A stretch of DNA of 64,000 nt. Source: an uncultured Deinococcaceae bacterium (GTDB lineage: Bacteria; Deinococcota; Deinococci; Deinococcales; Deinococcaceae). The notes below the pieces were generated by a model. It did no database searches. It was not told the DNA's origin and saw only the letters and a program-made list of their open reading frames with translations. Below, piece after piece: positions 8,654-17,507 of the stretch (the stretch's first letter is position 1; every line of letters begins with the position of its first letter). Location: contig CAXULY010000018.1 in NCBI GenBank assembly GCA_964252075.1, positions 1 to 64,000 of the forward strand, written 5' to 3'. The position numbers were made by a program, and so were the translations under genes.

Positions 8654-9058
8654 TTAGGGGCGGCTGCCCCCTTCTCGCAGGGTCGCCGCTAGCTTCAGTT
8701 CGCCCTGCGCTTCAGCCAGCAATGCCGCCGCCGTGGTGAAGTGACACGCTGAGTAAGCGCGGGCGGCATTCTGCACAAGGACCTGGAAGCGCGCGAAAGG
8801 TGAACGGGCCTCGCCTGCGGGTGCCGTCTCCAGTTCAACGGGGGTGTACTCGCGTGGCGTGAGGGTGGAGAAGCTTTCAGTGTCGGAGTAAACCGCTTGT
8901 AGCCTTGCCAGTGTGCCCAGGGCGGCCGTCCAGTCGGCCCGTTGCCACTGTTCGACGGCTGTTCGTGTCACGTCCCATGCACCTGCCGCCCGCTGTTTGT
9001 GTCGTGCGTGCGGTGAACGTCCCTGTTGCCACGGTGCCGCGCGCTTGGTGAGTCTCAT
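8654..9058 (-). CDS. Hypothetical helical protein of the element
   Basis: 134-aa ORF; C-terminal RSPFARFQVLVQNAARAYSACHFTTAAA is similar to 7917-8417. Confidence 0.55.
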   Translation of the reverse strand: MRLTKRAAPWQQGRSPHARHKQRAAGAWDVTRTAVEQWQRADWTAALGTLARLQAVYSDTESFSTLTPREYTPVELETAPAGEARSPFARFQVLVQNAARAYSACHFTTAAALLAEAQGELKLAATLREGGSRP

Positions 9059-9151
9059 CTGTCAAAGTGCCTGACGTATTTTTGCGCGCTGGGGCGGTTT
9101 TGTCTGTGATTGAGGAACAAGACAAATCTATCCATAACGTCCACCCGAACG

Positions 9152-9178
9152 GCGAAAGCCCCCGCCGAAGCAGGGGCC
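9152..9178 (-). terminator. Terminator after the integrase
   Basis: Minus strand GCCCCTGC-TTCG-GCGGGGGC-TTT. Confidence 0.7.
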
Positions 9179-9199
9179 AATATGGGCGCGGCGTGGAAG

Positions 9200-10075
9200 C
9201 TAATCCAGAGGCAACCCTGCCAACGGCGAGAATCGCGTGATGCCGTCGCGTAAGTCCTCCGTGACGTGGTGCGTGTATAACGCCGTGGTTGCCAGTGTGG
9301 AGTGGCCCAGGATGCGCCGCAAGGCCAGCACGTCGCCGCCGTTGCGTAGGAACTCGGTTGCGAAGCAGTGCCGCAAGGCGTGCGCGCCGATGTGCCGGGA
9401 GAGGCCCGCGCGCTTGGAGAGGCCGTGAATGACGTGCGTGACTGTGGTGGAACCGATGGGCTGACCGCCGTACACGAACACATTGGGGTGCTGGCCTCGC
9501 CGCCCGTGGGTGACGTAACGACGCAGCGCCTTCATGGTGGCCCGGTTCATGGGGACCAAGCGCCCGCCCGTCTTGCCGTGGACCCGTAAAGTCCCTTCCT
9601 GCCAGTCCACATCGGCCAGCTTCAGGGACGCCACCTCGCCCGCGCGTAAGCCACAGCCGACCAGCAGAACCAGCATGGCCGTGAAGCGGTCGCGGTGCCG
9701 TGGGTCGTGCTTCGCCGCCCGGAACAGTGCGGCCAGTTCTTCACGGGTCGCCGTGGCCTTGAGTTCCCAGCGCACCCGTGGCCTTCTCCGGCCCTTCATG
9801 GGGTCGCGCGTGATGAGTTCCACGCCCAGCAGCCACGCGCAGAAACCACGTAGGGCGCGGTCATAGTTGGCGAGGGTCGCGGGACGCAGGCCCCGTGATG
9901 CGGCGGCATTCAGCGCCCGCGTGACCAGAAAGGGCGTGAACTCCGATAAGGGCTGGCCCAGGTCATCAGGCAACAAACGACACAGGGTCACACGGTACCA
10001 GTGCAGGGTGGCGGGTCTATTGCCGCGTGCCTTCTGGTCGGCCAGGAACTCTTTGAGTGCTTCTTCAACCGTCAT
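9200..10075 (-). CDS. Tyrosine recombinase/integrase
   Basis: Catalytic R (GLRAGE), K (HGKTG), HALRH, LGHS and Y (TALY) all present; GGAGG RBS; adjacent to attR. Confidence 0.95.
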   Translation of the reverse strand: MTVEEALKEFLADQKARGNRPATLHWYRVTLCRLLPDDLGQPLSEFTPFLVTRALNAAASRGLRPATLANYDRALRGFCAWLLGVELITRDPMKGRRRPRVRWELKATATREELAALFRAAKHDPRHRDRFTAMLVLLVGCGLRAGEVASLKLADVDWQEGTLRVHGKTGGRLVPMNRATMKALRRYVTHGRRGQHPNVFVYGGQPIGSTTVTHVIHGLSKRAGLSRHIGAHALRHCFATEFLRNGGDVLALRRILGHSTLATTALYTHHVTEDLRDGITRFSPLAGLPLD

Positions 10076-10167
10076 GCCTGCCTCCGTAAGTCGCAGAGAC
10101 TAGATTGGCGGTCAGTTTTCTCGTCCTTGCCCGTTTCCGCGTGTGGCGCGGTATTATCCCAGTGCGG

Positions 10168-10252
10168 GCCGGGATGGCGAAATCGGTAGACGCAAGCGAC
10201 TTAAAATCGCTCGGGGTGACCCGTACGGGTTCAAGTCCCGTTCCCGGCACCA
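10168..10252 (+). tRNA. tRNA-Leu, anticodon TAA (reads UUA)
   Basis: GCCGGGA/TCCCGGC acceptor stem; GCGA-CTTAAAA-TCGC anticodon arm; long variable arm; GGTTCAAGTCC T-arm; encoded CCA. Confidence 0.95.
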
Positions 10253-10284
10253 GTGTGCGACCCTCACCCAGGCGGTGGGGGTCT

Positions 10285-10884
10285 TCACGTGAGACCAAGG
10301 GCGCGGGAGCGGTTCAGCAGAGAGACGCGGTCCCCAACCTCCAGTTTCCCGAAGAGGCTGGCGAGGTGGTCCTTCACGGTGTCGGGGCTGAGGCCGAGTT
10401 CGCGCGCGATTTCCTTGTTGCTGAGGCCGCGCGAGAGGTGATGCAGCACGTCACGTTCGCGGGGCGTGAGGCGCGGGAGGTCCGCGACGGGCAGGTAGTC
10501 GCGCTCGGGGTGCGCGTGCATCTGGCGGAGTTGCTGCGCGAGCAGCAGTGGGCTGGTTTCCTTGCTGAGGTACGCGCGCGCGCCCGCTTCGCGGGCCGCC
10601 ATGAGGATGGCGGGTTCCTGGAAGGTGCTGATCAGGACCACCATGATGTCGGGGTGCGCGCGGTGCAGGTGCGCGCACACCTCGATGCCGGTCATGCCGG
10701 GCATCTTCACGTCGAGGAGGGCCACCTGGGGGTGTTCGCGGAGGCAGGTGGCGAGCGCCTCGTCGCCACGCGCGGCTTCCGCGAGGACCGTGAAGCCCTC
10801 GCTGCTGAGCGCGTAGCGCAGGCCCATGCGGAAGAGCGGGTGGTCGTCCGCGATGACGACGCTGAGGGCGTCGGTGCCGCTCAT
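10285..10884 (-). CDS. NarL/LuxR-family response regulator
   Basis: IADDHPLFR, LLDVKMPG receiver domain; LTPRERDVL...GLSNKEIA HTH. Confidence 0.95.
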   Translation of the reverse strand: MSGTDALSVVIADDHPLFRMGLRYALSSEGFTVLAEAARGDEALATCLREHPQVALLDVKMPGMTGIEVCAHLHRAHPDIMVVLISTFQEPAILMAAREAGARAYLSKETSPLLLAQQLRQMHAHPERDYLPVADLPRLTPRERDVLHHLSRGLSNKEIARELGLSPDTVKDHLASLFGKLEVGDRVSLLNRSRALGLT

Positions 10885-11894
10885 GCGGGCACCGTTTCGT
10901 GCGGCGCGCCTTGCAGGCTGAGCGTGAAGGCGCTGCGGTGGTCCTCGCGGCGGTAGCTGAGCTGCCCACCGTGCGCTTCCGCAACGCGGCGCGCGATGTA
11001 CAGGCCGAGTCCCGCGGTGCCCGCCGTGTAGCGGTGCCCGGCGATCTCGACGGGTTGCGCGTTGAAGGGCTGCGCGAGCGCGTCAAGCGGCAGGGCGAGT
11101 CCGGGGCCGTCGTCGAGGACGCGCACCTGTCCGGGCGCGACTTCCAGGCGCACTTCGCGCCGCGCGTAGCGCAGGGCGTTGTCGAGCAGGTTGGTGAGGG
11201 CGCGCTCCAGCACCTGCGGGTCGGCGTGCGCGCGGCCCTCACCGGTGACGGTGAGGGCCTGCTCGGGGGTGCGGGTGGCGGCGCGCGCGGCGAGGCGCCG
11301 CGCGAGCGCGCTGAGGTCGGTGGGTTCCAGGGAGAGCTGCACGTCGTCGCGTTCGAAGCGGTGCGCGTCCGCCATCTGGTCCACGAGGTGCAGCAGGCGG
11401 CGGTTCTCGTCGAGCATCTGGGCGTACACGGCGTCGTGCTCGCTGGTGGGGAGGGCGCCACCGCGCAGCAGGCCCACGAGGTGCGACGTGGCGATGAGGG
11501 GCGTTTTGAGGTCGTGCACGAGGGTCGCCATGAACGCGCCGCGCCGCTCGCGTTCCGTGCGCAGGCGCGTGAGCAGCGCGCGGAACGCGCCGCGCAGGGC
11601 GCGCACCTCGCTGGGGTCGTCCGGCAGCGCCTCGCCGACGCCGCGCGTCGCGACTTCCAGCGTGAGGACCGAGAGGGGCTTGAGGAGCGCGCGGGAGATC
11701 AGCAGCGCGAGCAGGCCCGAGACGAGCGCGACGAGCGCGATCCACAGCAGGACCGTGGCGGACAGCGGCGTGCCCGTCATGACGGACAGCGCGACGGTCA
11801 GCACCACGTTGGGGCCGAAGGAGAGCAGCGCGATCACCAGCGCGAACTGGGCGCGCAGGGACGCGGGCCGGATGACGGGGATGCGGCGCGACAT
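10881..11894 (-). CDS. Sensor histidine kinase
   Basis: Two TM helices; HDLKTPL H-box; NLLDNA, DDGPG and GLGL boxes. Confidence 0.93.
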   Translation of the reverse strand: MSRRIPVIRPASLRAQFALVIALLSFGPNVVLTVALSVMTGTPLSATVLLWIALVALVSGLLALLISRALLKPLSVLTLEVATRGVGEALPDDPSEVRALRGAFRALLTRLRTERERRGAFMATLVHDLKTPLIATSHLVGLLRGGALPTSEHDAVYAQMLDENRRLLHLVDQMADAHRFERDDVQLSLEPTDLSALARRLAARAATRTPEQALTVTGEGRAHADPQVLERALTNLLDNALRYARREVRLEVAPGQVRVLDDGPGLALPLDALAQPFNAQPVEIAGHRYTAGTAGLGLYIARRVAEAHGGQLSYRREDHRSAFTLSLQGAPHETVPA

Positions 11895-11984
11895 GCCTCG
11901 CGGTCAGTGTACCGAAGGGCCGGCCCGGCAGCCGCCCAAAGTAGGGGGAGCGCGGCCCGACGGCCGCGCTCCCCGGCGCTCACC

Positions 11985-13787
11985 TCAGGGGTTGTAGGTC
12001 TTGACGTTCCCCACGCCGAGCGGGGTGCCGGGCGCCGCCCGGTAGAAGAGCAGGTTCACGGGCAGGAAGCTGCCGCTGGCCGGCACGAAATCAATGTTGA
12101 GCTGCGGGCTCTGCACGCGCCACAGCAGCGCGGGCTGATCGGGGCGGGTGAGGACGCCCGCGCGCGGCAGCTTGATGGCCTGCGTGACGCTGCCGTCCTG
12201 GATGCTCATGGCGCCGCGGTACAGGCCGCCGCGCGGGCTGAGCGCCACGGCGGTGCCGGCCGTGCCGATCACCTGCAGGTCGTACAGCACGCCGTAGTTC
12301 CCCGCGAGGCGCTGCGGGGTGCCGGTCAGGACGTCCGTGCCGGTCAGCACGGGGTCCACGCTGCCGTCCCCGATGACGAGGCGGGCGGGCAGCTGGCCGA
12401 GTTCCACGCGCAGGCTGCGCACCGCGCCGGGGAAGGTGCCGCGCTGGTGGCGGCCGTCCGGCGGGAGGTACGTGAGTTGCTGCACGACCTGCGCGGTGGG
12501 TGGCAGGCTGTCTTCCAGCATGACCACGCTGAGCTCCACCCGCCCGGTGCTCTCGAGGTCCTGCATGAGGTTCACGCCGCTGCCGGTCGGCAGGGTGGGG
12601 CTGGCGTACACGGCGGCGTACTCGCCGGGCGCGAGCGTGAGCCGCCCACCCAGGCTGGGCGCGAAGTAATCGAGCAGCGTCGCCTGCCCGAGCACGCCCT
12701 CCACGCGGGTGGGGGCGGTCTCGCCGGAGCGCTCGGTGCGCACCTCGACGGGTCGCGTCTCGGTGTTGCGCGCGAGGAGGTACAGCCGCGCGGCGGTCGG
12801 CAGGGCGTTCAGGTGGTACGCGAGGACGCGCGCGCGGCCCGCGACAGTGTCCTGGTACAGGATGCCGCTGGTGGTGGGCGCCTCGGGGCTGTCACTGAAG
12901 ATCAGGGGCAGGGTGCTCACGGTGGGTGTGAGTGTCTGCGGGTTCAGCACGGGGTAGGCGGTGAGCGCGGGGTCGGAGAAGATGTCGCCGGGCTGCGCGT
13001 ACTTCAGGGCGTACGTGAGGGGCGTGTCGCTGGCGGCGCCCGTCACCTGGATGGTGCGCGAGTACGGGGAGCTCGCGAGGCCCTTGGCGTTCGTGACCTG
13101 CAGCGACACGGTGTACGTGCCGGGCGTGAAGAAGGTGTCCTGGCGGTTCGTCCAGCGCCGGGCGGTGAGGTCCCCGCCGTCCGGGTCGAAGGAGTACTCG
13201 GTGTACACGATGCGCTCGCCGGGCGCGTACACCTCCTTGTCGGTGGAGAAGCGCGCCTGCGGCGTGAGGGGGTTGCCGCTACCGGGGGGCAGCACCGTGA
13301 GGGTCAGGGTGCGGGCGTCGTCGGAGAAGCTGATGTTGCCGCCCAGCGCGTCCGAGAGCGTGCGGGCGCTGACGTACAGCACGCCGCTGACGTTCGCGGC
13401 GGCGCCCTCCTGCGGGACGCCCGAGAGGGTCGCGACCGGGCCGCGCGCGTCCACACTCAGGCGGCCCAGCGTGAGGGCGCTGCCGGTCGCGCCGAGGGGC
13501 TGGCCGAGCAGCGCGGCGGTCTCGCGCAGGGGCAGCAGCGTGCGGCCCGCGAGGACGCGCGGCGGGTTCTGCAGGAGGGCGGGCGCGCCGTTGATGAAGA
13601 CGGGGTTCTGATCGACCGCCGCCACGATCTGCACGCTGCCGAGCGCGAGGGCGCGGGTGGGGAGCAGCAGGGCGGCGGCGGTCAGCAGACCGGTGAGCAG
13701 GGGACGCACGAGGTGGGCCGCCCGCCACCCCTGGTGGGGTTTCGGGGCGCCGGAGCGCGCGGGGACGACGACAGGCAAAAAACGCAC
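11985..13787 (-). CDS. Secreted protein with copper-amine-oxidase-N (stalk)-like and PKD-like domains
   Basis: Signal peptide; GRTLLPLRETA stalk motif; SFDPDG..W...FTPGTYTVSLQVTN PKD motif; TATACT -10 box 6 nt before GTG 13787. Confidence 0.7.
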   Translation of the reverse strand: MRFLPVVVPARSGAPKPHQGWRAAHLVRPLLTGLLTAAALLLPTRALALGSVQIVAAVDQNPVFINGAPALLQNPPRVLAGRTLLPLRETAALLGQPLGATGSALTLGRLSVDARGPVATLSGVPQEGAAANVSGVLYVSARTLSDALGGNISFSDDARTLTLTVLPPGSGNPLTPQARFSTDKEVYAPGERIVYTEYSFDPDGGDLTARRWTNRQDTFFTPGTYTVSLQVTNAKGLASSPYSRTIQVTGAASDTPLTYALKYAQPGDIFSDPALTAYPVLNPQTLTPTVSTLPLIFSDSPEAPTTSGILYQDTVAGRARVLAYHLNALPTAARLYLLARNTETRPVEVRTERSGETAPTRVEGVLGQATLLDYFAPSLGGRLTLAPGEYAAVYASPTLPTGSGVNLMQDLESTGRVELSVVMLEDSLPPTAQVVQQLTYLPPDGRHQRGTFPGAVRSLRVELGQLPARLVIGDGSVDPVLTGTDVLTGTPQRLAGNYGVLYDLQVIGTAGTAVALSPRGGLYRGAMSIQDGSVTQAIKLPRAGVLTRPDQPALLWRVQSPQLNIDFVPASGSFLPVNLLFYRAAPGTPLGVGNVKTYNP

Positions 13788-13843
13788 CCGAGCAGTATAG
13801 GCACGTGAAGCTGACGCGGCCCTTGCGCCCGCCCCAGCCGGAT

Positions 13844-16015
13844 TCAGCCAGCCTTCACGCTCGCGCGCACGCTGGGCGCGCGCCGACGCCACAACCGCAC
13901 CTCGACCAGCAGCACCGCGAGCACGTTGATGGCGTACGCAAGCGCGAGAACCGCCAGCACCGCCGCGAAGGCCGGGCCTGAGCGCAGGTCCAGCAGGTAC
14001 GGGAAGCGCGCGAGGTTCGCGCTGGGCGCGAGGCCCACCAGCGCGCCCGACCACCCGAGCAGCAGCACCATGCCCCAGGCGCCGTCCAGCAGCGCCGTGC
14101 CGGGCAGCAGCAGGGCCAGCACGCGGTACCCCCAGGGGCGCGGGAGGGGGCCGCTGCCCGGTGGGCGCGGCACGAACAGCCACAGCAGGTTCACGCCCGC
14201 GACAACCAGCAGCACGAGCACCCACAGCCACTGCAGCGGCGCGGGCAGGCCGGTGGGGAGGCCCAGCAGGTACGCCACGGGGCTCGTGACGATGGCGCCC
14301 AGCTCCCCACTCAGGGCGCCGTCCAGGGCGCTGTACACCATGCGCTGGCTGGGGTAGCACAGGCGCGCGTCGTCGCGGTACTGGCGCTGGAAGGCCGCCT
14401 CGAACCCCGCGGGGTCCAGCCGCAGGTTGTACGCGGCGGAGACGAGCGCCGGGTCCCGCGCGAGCGCCTCACGGTACGCCTCGCGGGCGGTGATGGGGTC
14501 GCCGCGCGAGTCGGCCAGCACGCCCAGGTTGTTCTGCGCGCAGGCGCTGGCGCCCGCCGCGGCGTACGAGTCGCGGGCGGTGCTGGGGTCACCGTCGAGT
14601 TGCGCGGCGAGGCCACGCAGCAGGTTCGCTTCCGGCCCGACATCCAGGCCGAGGTCCTCCAGACCGTCGTAGAACCACGCGCCGCCGTAGGTGCCGGTGT
14701 TCAGGACGGGCGCGGCGGCCCGCTCGTCCGTGCGGTCCGCCCAGCTCCATGACGCGAGCGCCACGAGCAGCCCGGCCGTGAGGGCGACCAGCACCAGCTT
14801 CTCCCCGAAGCCGCTGTAGGAGAGCAGGATGCGCCGCGCGCGGCTCAGCGGGTGGCGCAGCCACGAGCGGTAGCGCCCGCCGAGGGGCCGCAACTCGCGG
14901 CCCTGCAGGCCCCAGGCGCGCACGGTGAGCGCCAGGCTGGCGGCCAGCACGGCGAGCGCAAGCGCGAAGCAGCACCAGCGCGCCACGTCACGCAGCGCCT
15001 TCAGGCCGTCGGGACCCAGGTTGTACAGCGAGCCCGCGTCCAGTTCCCGCGCGAAGCGCCGCCAGTCGGCGGCCTCACCCGCGCGGTCCTGGGCGTCCAG
15101 GGTGTCGGCGTACCGCAGGTACACCGCGCGGTAATCCTGGAAGCGCGGGCTGGTGTCGCGCAGGTAGCGCATCCAGGCGTCCAGGCGCCGCCCGTTCCCG
15201 ACCTTCTGGAGGGTCAGGGCGTAGTTCAGGGGGTCGCCGTAGGCGCGCAGCGCCGCCGCGGAGATGGGCAGCGCCGGGTCGTAGCCGCGCGCCGCCCAGT
15301 CCGCGCGGGCGGACAGCAAGGAGCGGTCCGCGTCGAGGGGGCGCCCGGCGGCATCGAGGATGCGCGCGAGCTGCACGCTCACGAAGAACGGCGCGGGGCG
15401 CGCCAGGGCCTGCTCGGTCGCGCTGCGCGCCACGGGGATCTGCCCGGCGCGCAGCGCCGCGACCGCCTGGTACGCCCAGCTGATGGGGTTGCTGGGGTCG
15501 TCCTGCACCTTCGCGCTGAAGAACTGCAGGGCCCGCGCGGGGTTCTGCGGTTGCAGCGGGTTGAAGGTGGCGCCCCGGGTGGCGGCCCTGAGCAACCACG
15601 TGAGGGCCGGGTTGCTGGGGCCGCCGTCCGGGTCCACGCTGGGTGGGAAGACCTCGCGCCCCAGAAGGTGCTCGCCCTGCACGGTGTAACTCTCCGGCAC
15701 GGCGCCCCAGCGCACCGTGACGCGCAGGCCGGCGCTGTCGTCGAGGTCGGAGGCGTCCGTGGGGAGGTCCAGGCGCGTGCGGACGTGTCCCTGCTGGTCG
15801 TAGGCGTAGAGTTCCGGGCCGACGCCCAGCCAGATCAGGCCGTCTTGCGTGATGGGGCCGACCAGCGGGCCGAGCGCGGCGGGGAACGCGCGGCTCCAGC
15901 GGGTGGTGTCGCCGTCCAGGAAACTCAGGGTGCGCCCGTCGAGGTTCACGTCCGCGCGCGCGAGCCCCGCGAGCAGCAGCAGGCACGCGAGGAGCCGGGC
16001 GAGCGGGCGGCTCAC
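13844..16015 (-). CDS. Secreted/membrane protein with TPR-like repeats
   Basis: Signal peptide; TM helices; AQNNLGVL...AREAYREALARDP TPR motif; GTG overlaps the plsY stop. Confidence 0.7.
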   Translation of the reverse strand: MSRPLARLLACLLLLAGLARADVNLDGRTLSFLDGDTTRWSRAFPAALGPLVGPITQDGLIWLGVGPELYAYDQQGHVRTRLDLPTDASDLDDSAGLRVTVRWGAVPESYTVQGEHLLGREVFPPSVDPDGGPSNPALTWLLRAATRGATFNPLQPQNPARALQFFSAKVQDDPSNPISWAYQAVAALRAGQIPVARSATEQALARPAPFFVSVQLARILDAAGRPLDADRSLLSARADWAARGYDPALPISAAALRAYGDPLNYALTLQKVGNGRRLDAWMRYLRDTSPRFQDYRAVYLRYADTLDAQDRAGEAADWRRFARELDAGSLYNLGPDGLKALRDVARWCCFALALAVLAASLALTVRAWGLQGRELRPLGGRYRSWLRHPLSRARRILLSYSGFGEKLVLVALTAGLLVALASWSWADRTDERAAAPVLNTGTYGGAWFYDGLEDLGLDVGPEANLLRGLAAQLDGDPSTARDSYAAAGASACAQNNLGVLADSRGDPITAREAYREALARDPALVSAAYNLRLDPAGFEAAFQRQYRDDARLCYPSQRMVYSALDGALSGELGAIVTSPVAYLLGLPTGLPAPLQWLWVLVLLVVAGVNLLWLFVPRPPGSGPLPRPWGYRVLALLLPGTALLDGAWGMVLLLGWSGALVGLAPSANLARFPYLLDLRSGPAFAAVLAVLALAYAINVLAVLLVEVRLWRRRAPSVRASVKAG

Positions 16016-16584
16016 GGTTGGGGCGCGGCCTTCCCGGGCAGCAGCAGGTGCACGGCGCGCACCAGCATGGCGGCGGCGCCCGCGAGGAGGTCCGTGAAGC
16101 CGCCGTAACGCCAGCCCAGCCACAGGCCCGCGAGCGTCGCGAGGGCCGCCACGACGGGAATCACGTTGAGCTTCATGGCGCGCTGCAGGGTGACCTTGTA
16201 CAGTGGCGCCAGCACCAGCGCGACGGCCACCGTGAGGAGCGTCGTGGCGGGCGCCACCGCCACCAGCGCGCCCGCGAGGGGCGCGATGCCGCCCCCACCG
16301 TCGAAGCGGAAGAACACCGGGTAGCAGTGCCCCAGCACGACCGCGGCGACCGCCACCCACGTGAAGTCCGGCGTGAGCCAGCGCGCCAGCAGGCCCGCCA
16401 GCACGCCCTTCAGGACATCCAGGGCGGTCACGCCGAGCGCGGCGCGCAGCCCGAACTGGCGGTAGGTGCCGCTGCCGCCGGGCAGGTCGCGGTCGCGGAT
16501 GTCCGCGCCGCGCCAGCGGGAGTACAGGACGCCCACGCTGATCGAGCCGAGCAGGTAGGCGAGCAGCGCCACGATCACAGGCAT
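16012..16584 (-). CDS. plsY: Glycerol-3-phosphate acyltransferase PlsY family
   Basis: AYLLGSI, LDVLKG and GHCYPVFFRFDGGGG motifs; TACAAT leaderless promoter. Confidence 0.85.
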   Translation of the reverse strand: MPVIVALLAYLLGSISVGVLYSRWRGADIRDRDLPGGSGTYRQFGLRAALGVTALDVLKGVLAGLLARWLTPDFTWVAVAAVVLGHCYPVFFRFDGGGGIAPLAGALVAVAPATTLLTVAVALVLAPLYKVTLQRAMKLNVIPVVAALATLAGLWLGWRYGGFTDLLAGAAAMLVRAVHLLLPGKAAPQP

Positions 16585-16622
16585 GGCCGCATTGTAGCGA
16601 GGGAAGACGCACGCCCGCCGCG

Positions 16623-17501
16623 CTAGGGGTGCAGGCGGGCCAGGGCGGCGTCCACGAAGCGCGCGTGTCGCGTCCGCATGCGCGCCTCGGTGGTCGCGTC
16701 GAGGCCCCAGCTGCTCAGGCGTCCGGCGGGGCGCAGCGCCGCCCACAGGTCCCACAGCGCGAGGCGCGCGGCGTCCAGCGGCGCGGCATCCGCGTAGGCG
16801 CGCGTGAAGGCCCACATGGGGTCCTCGCCGTACGCCCACAGCAGCTCCAGGCGGGTGTTCGCGACGTCCGCGAGGGGGTCGCCGAGCGCGGCGTCCTCCC
16901 AGTCCAGCACGGCGCTCAGGGTGCCCGCGCGCCACAGCGCGTTGCCGGGCCACAGGTCGCCGTGCAGCAGGGCGGGCGTGACCGGTGGGGGCGGCCAGCG
17001 CGGCTCCAAGGCGGCGCGGACGCGGCCCTCGGAGAGCTCCTCGTCGAGGACGGTCGGGGCGGGGGGCGGGTCCGGCAGGGGGAGCAGCGTGAGGCCCGCG
17101 GGGTCCAGGCGGTGCAGGCGCGCCAGGAAGGCCGCGAGCTGCCGCGCGGCGCCCTGCACCTGCGCGGGCGGCACCTCCCCCTCCCCTTCCGCGAAGGCCG
17201 TCACGAGCGCGGGGTGCGGGAAGGGATCGTGGGGCACCGTGACGCGCAGCGGGGCGGGCACGGGCAGGCCCGCCCGCGTGAGGGCGCGCAGCAGCGCGAA
17301 CTCGTGCGCGGCGACCTGCGGGTCGCGCTGGCGGTTCGCCTCGCCGTGCTGCCGCACCACCACGCGCATCACGCGTCCGTCCGGCCCCCGCACCTCCAGA
17401 GCCGTCACGCGCGCCGAGACGCCCCCTGTGAGGGGCCACGCGCGCAGCAGCTCACCGCCGGGCACCAGCTGCCGCGCGAGGTGCGCGAAGGGGTCCGGCA
17501 C
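16623..17501 (-). CDS. Aminoglycoside phosphotransferase (APH)-family kinase
   Basis: LLHGDLWPGN and VLDWED..LGDPLADVA motifs. Confidence 0.88.
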   Translation of the reverse strand: MPDPFAHLARQLVPGGELLRAWPLTGGVSARVTALEVRGPDGRVMRVVVRQHGEANRQRDPQVAAHEFALLRALTRAGLPVPAPLRVTVPHDPFPHPALVTAFAEGEGEVPPAQVQGAARQLAAFLARLHRLDPAGLTLLPLPDPPPAPTVLDEELSEGRVRAALEPRWPPPPVTPALLHGDLWPGNALWRAGTLSAVLDWEDAALGDPLADVANTRLELLWAYGEDPMWAFTRAYADAAPLDAARLALWDLWAALRPAGRLSSWGLDATTEARMRTRHARFVDAALARLHP

Positions 17502-17507
17502 GACCGC

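Larger units (their letters stand above)
3822..10210. mobile_element. ~6.3 kb integrative element / genomic island at tRNA-Leu(UAA)
   Basis: 49-bp flanking direct repeats; tyrosine integrase next to attR; serine recombinase; visibly lower GC and atypical codons. Confidence 0.92.

Noticed and set aside
10899..13808. Long ORF-track entries such as 10899-13808(+), 16629-18647(+), 59968-62004(-) and 62271-63971(-)
   Set aside because: Antisense shadows of real GC-rich genes, with no recognisable motifs.
16623..17501. Bona fide aminoglycoside resistance gene
   Set aside because: Generic APH-fold kinase in a housekeeping context; nothing indicates an antibiotic substrate.
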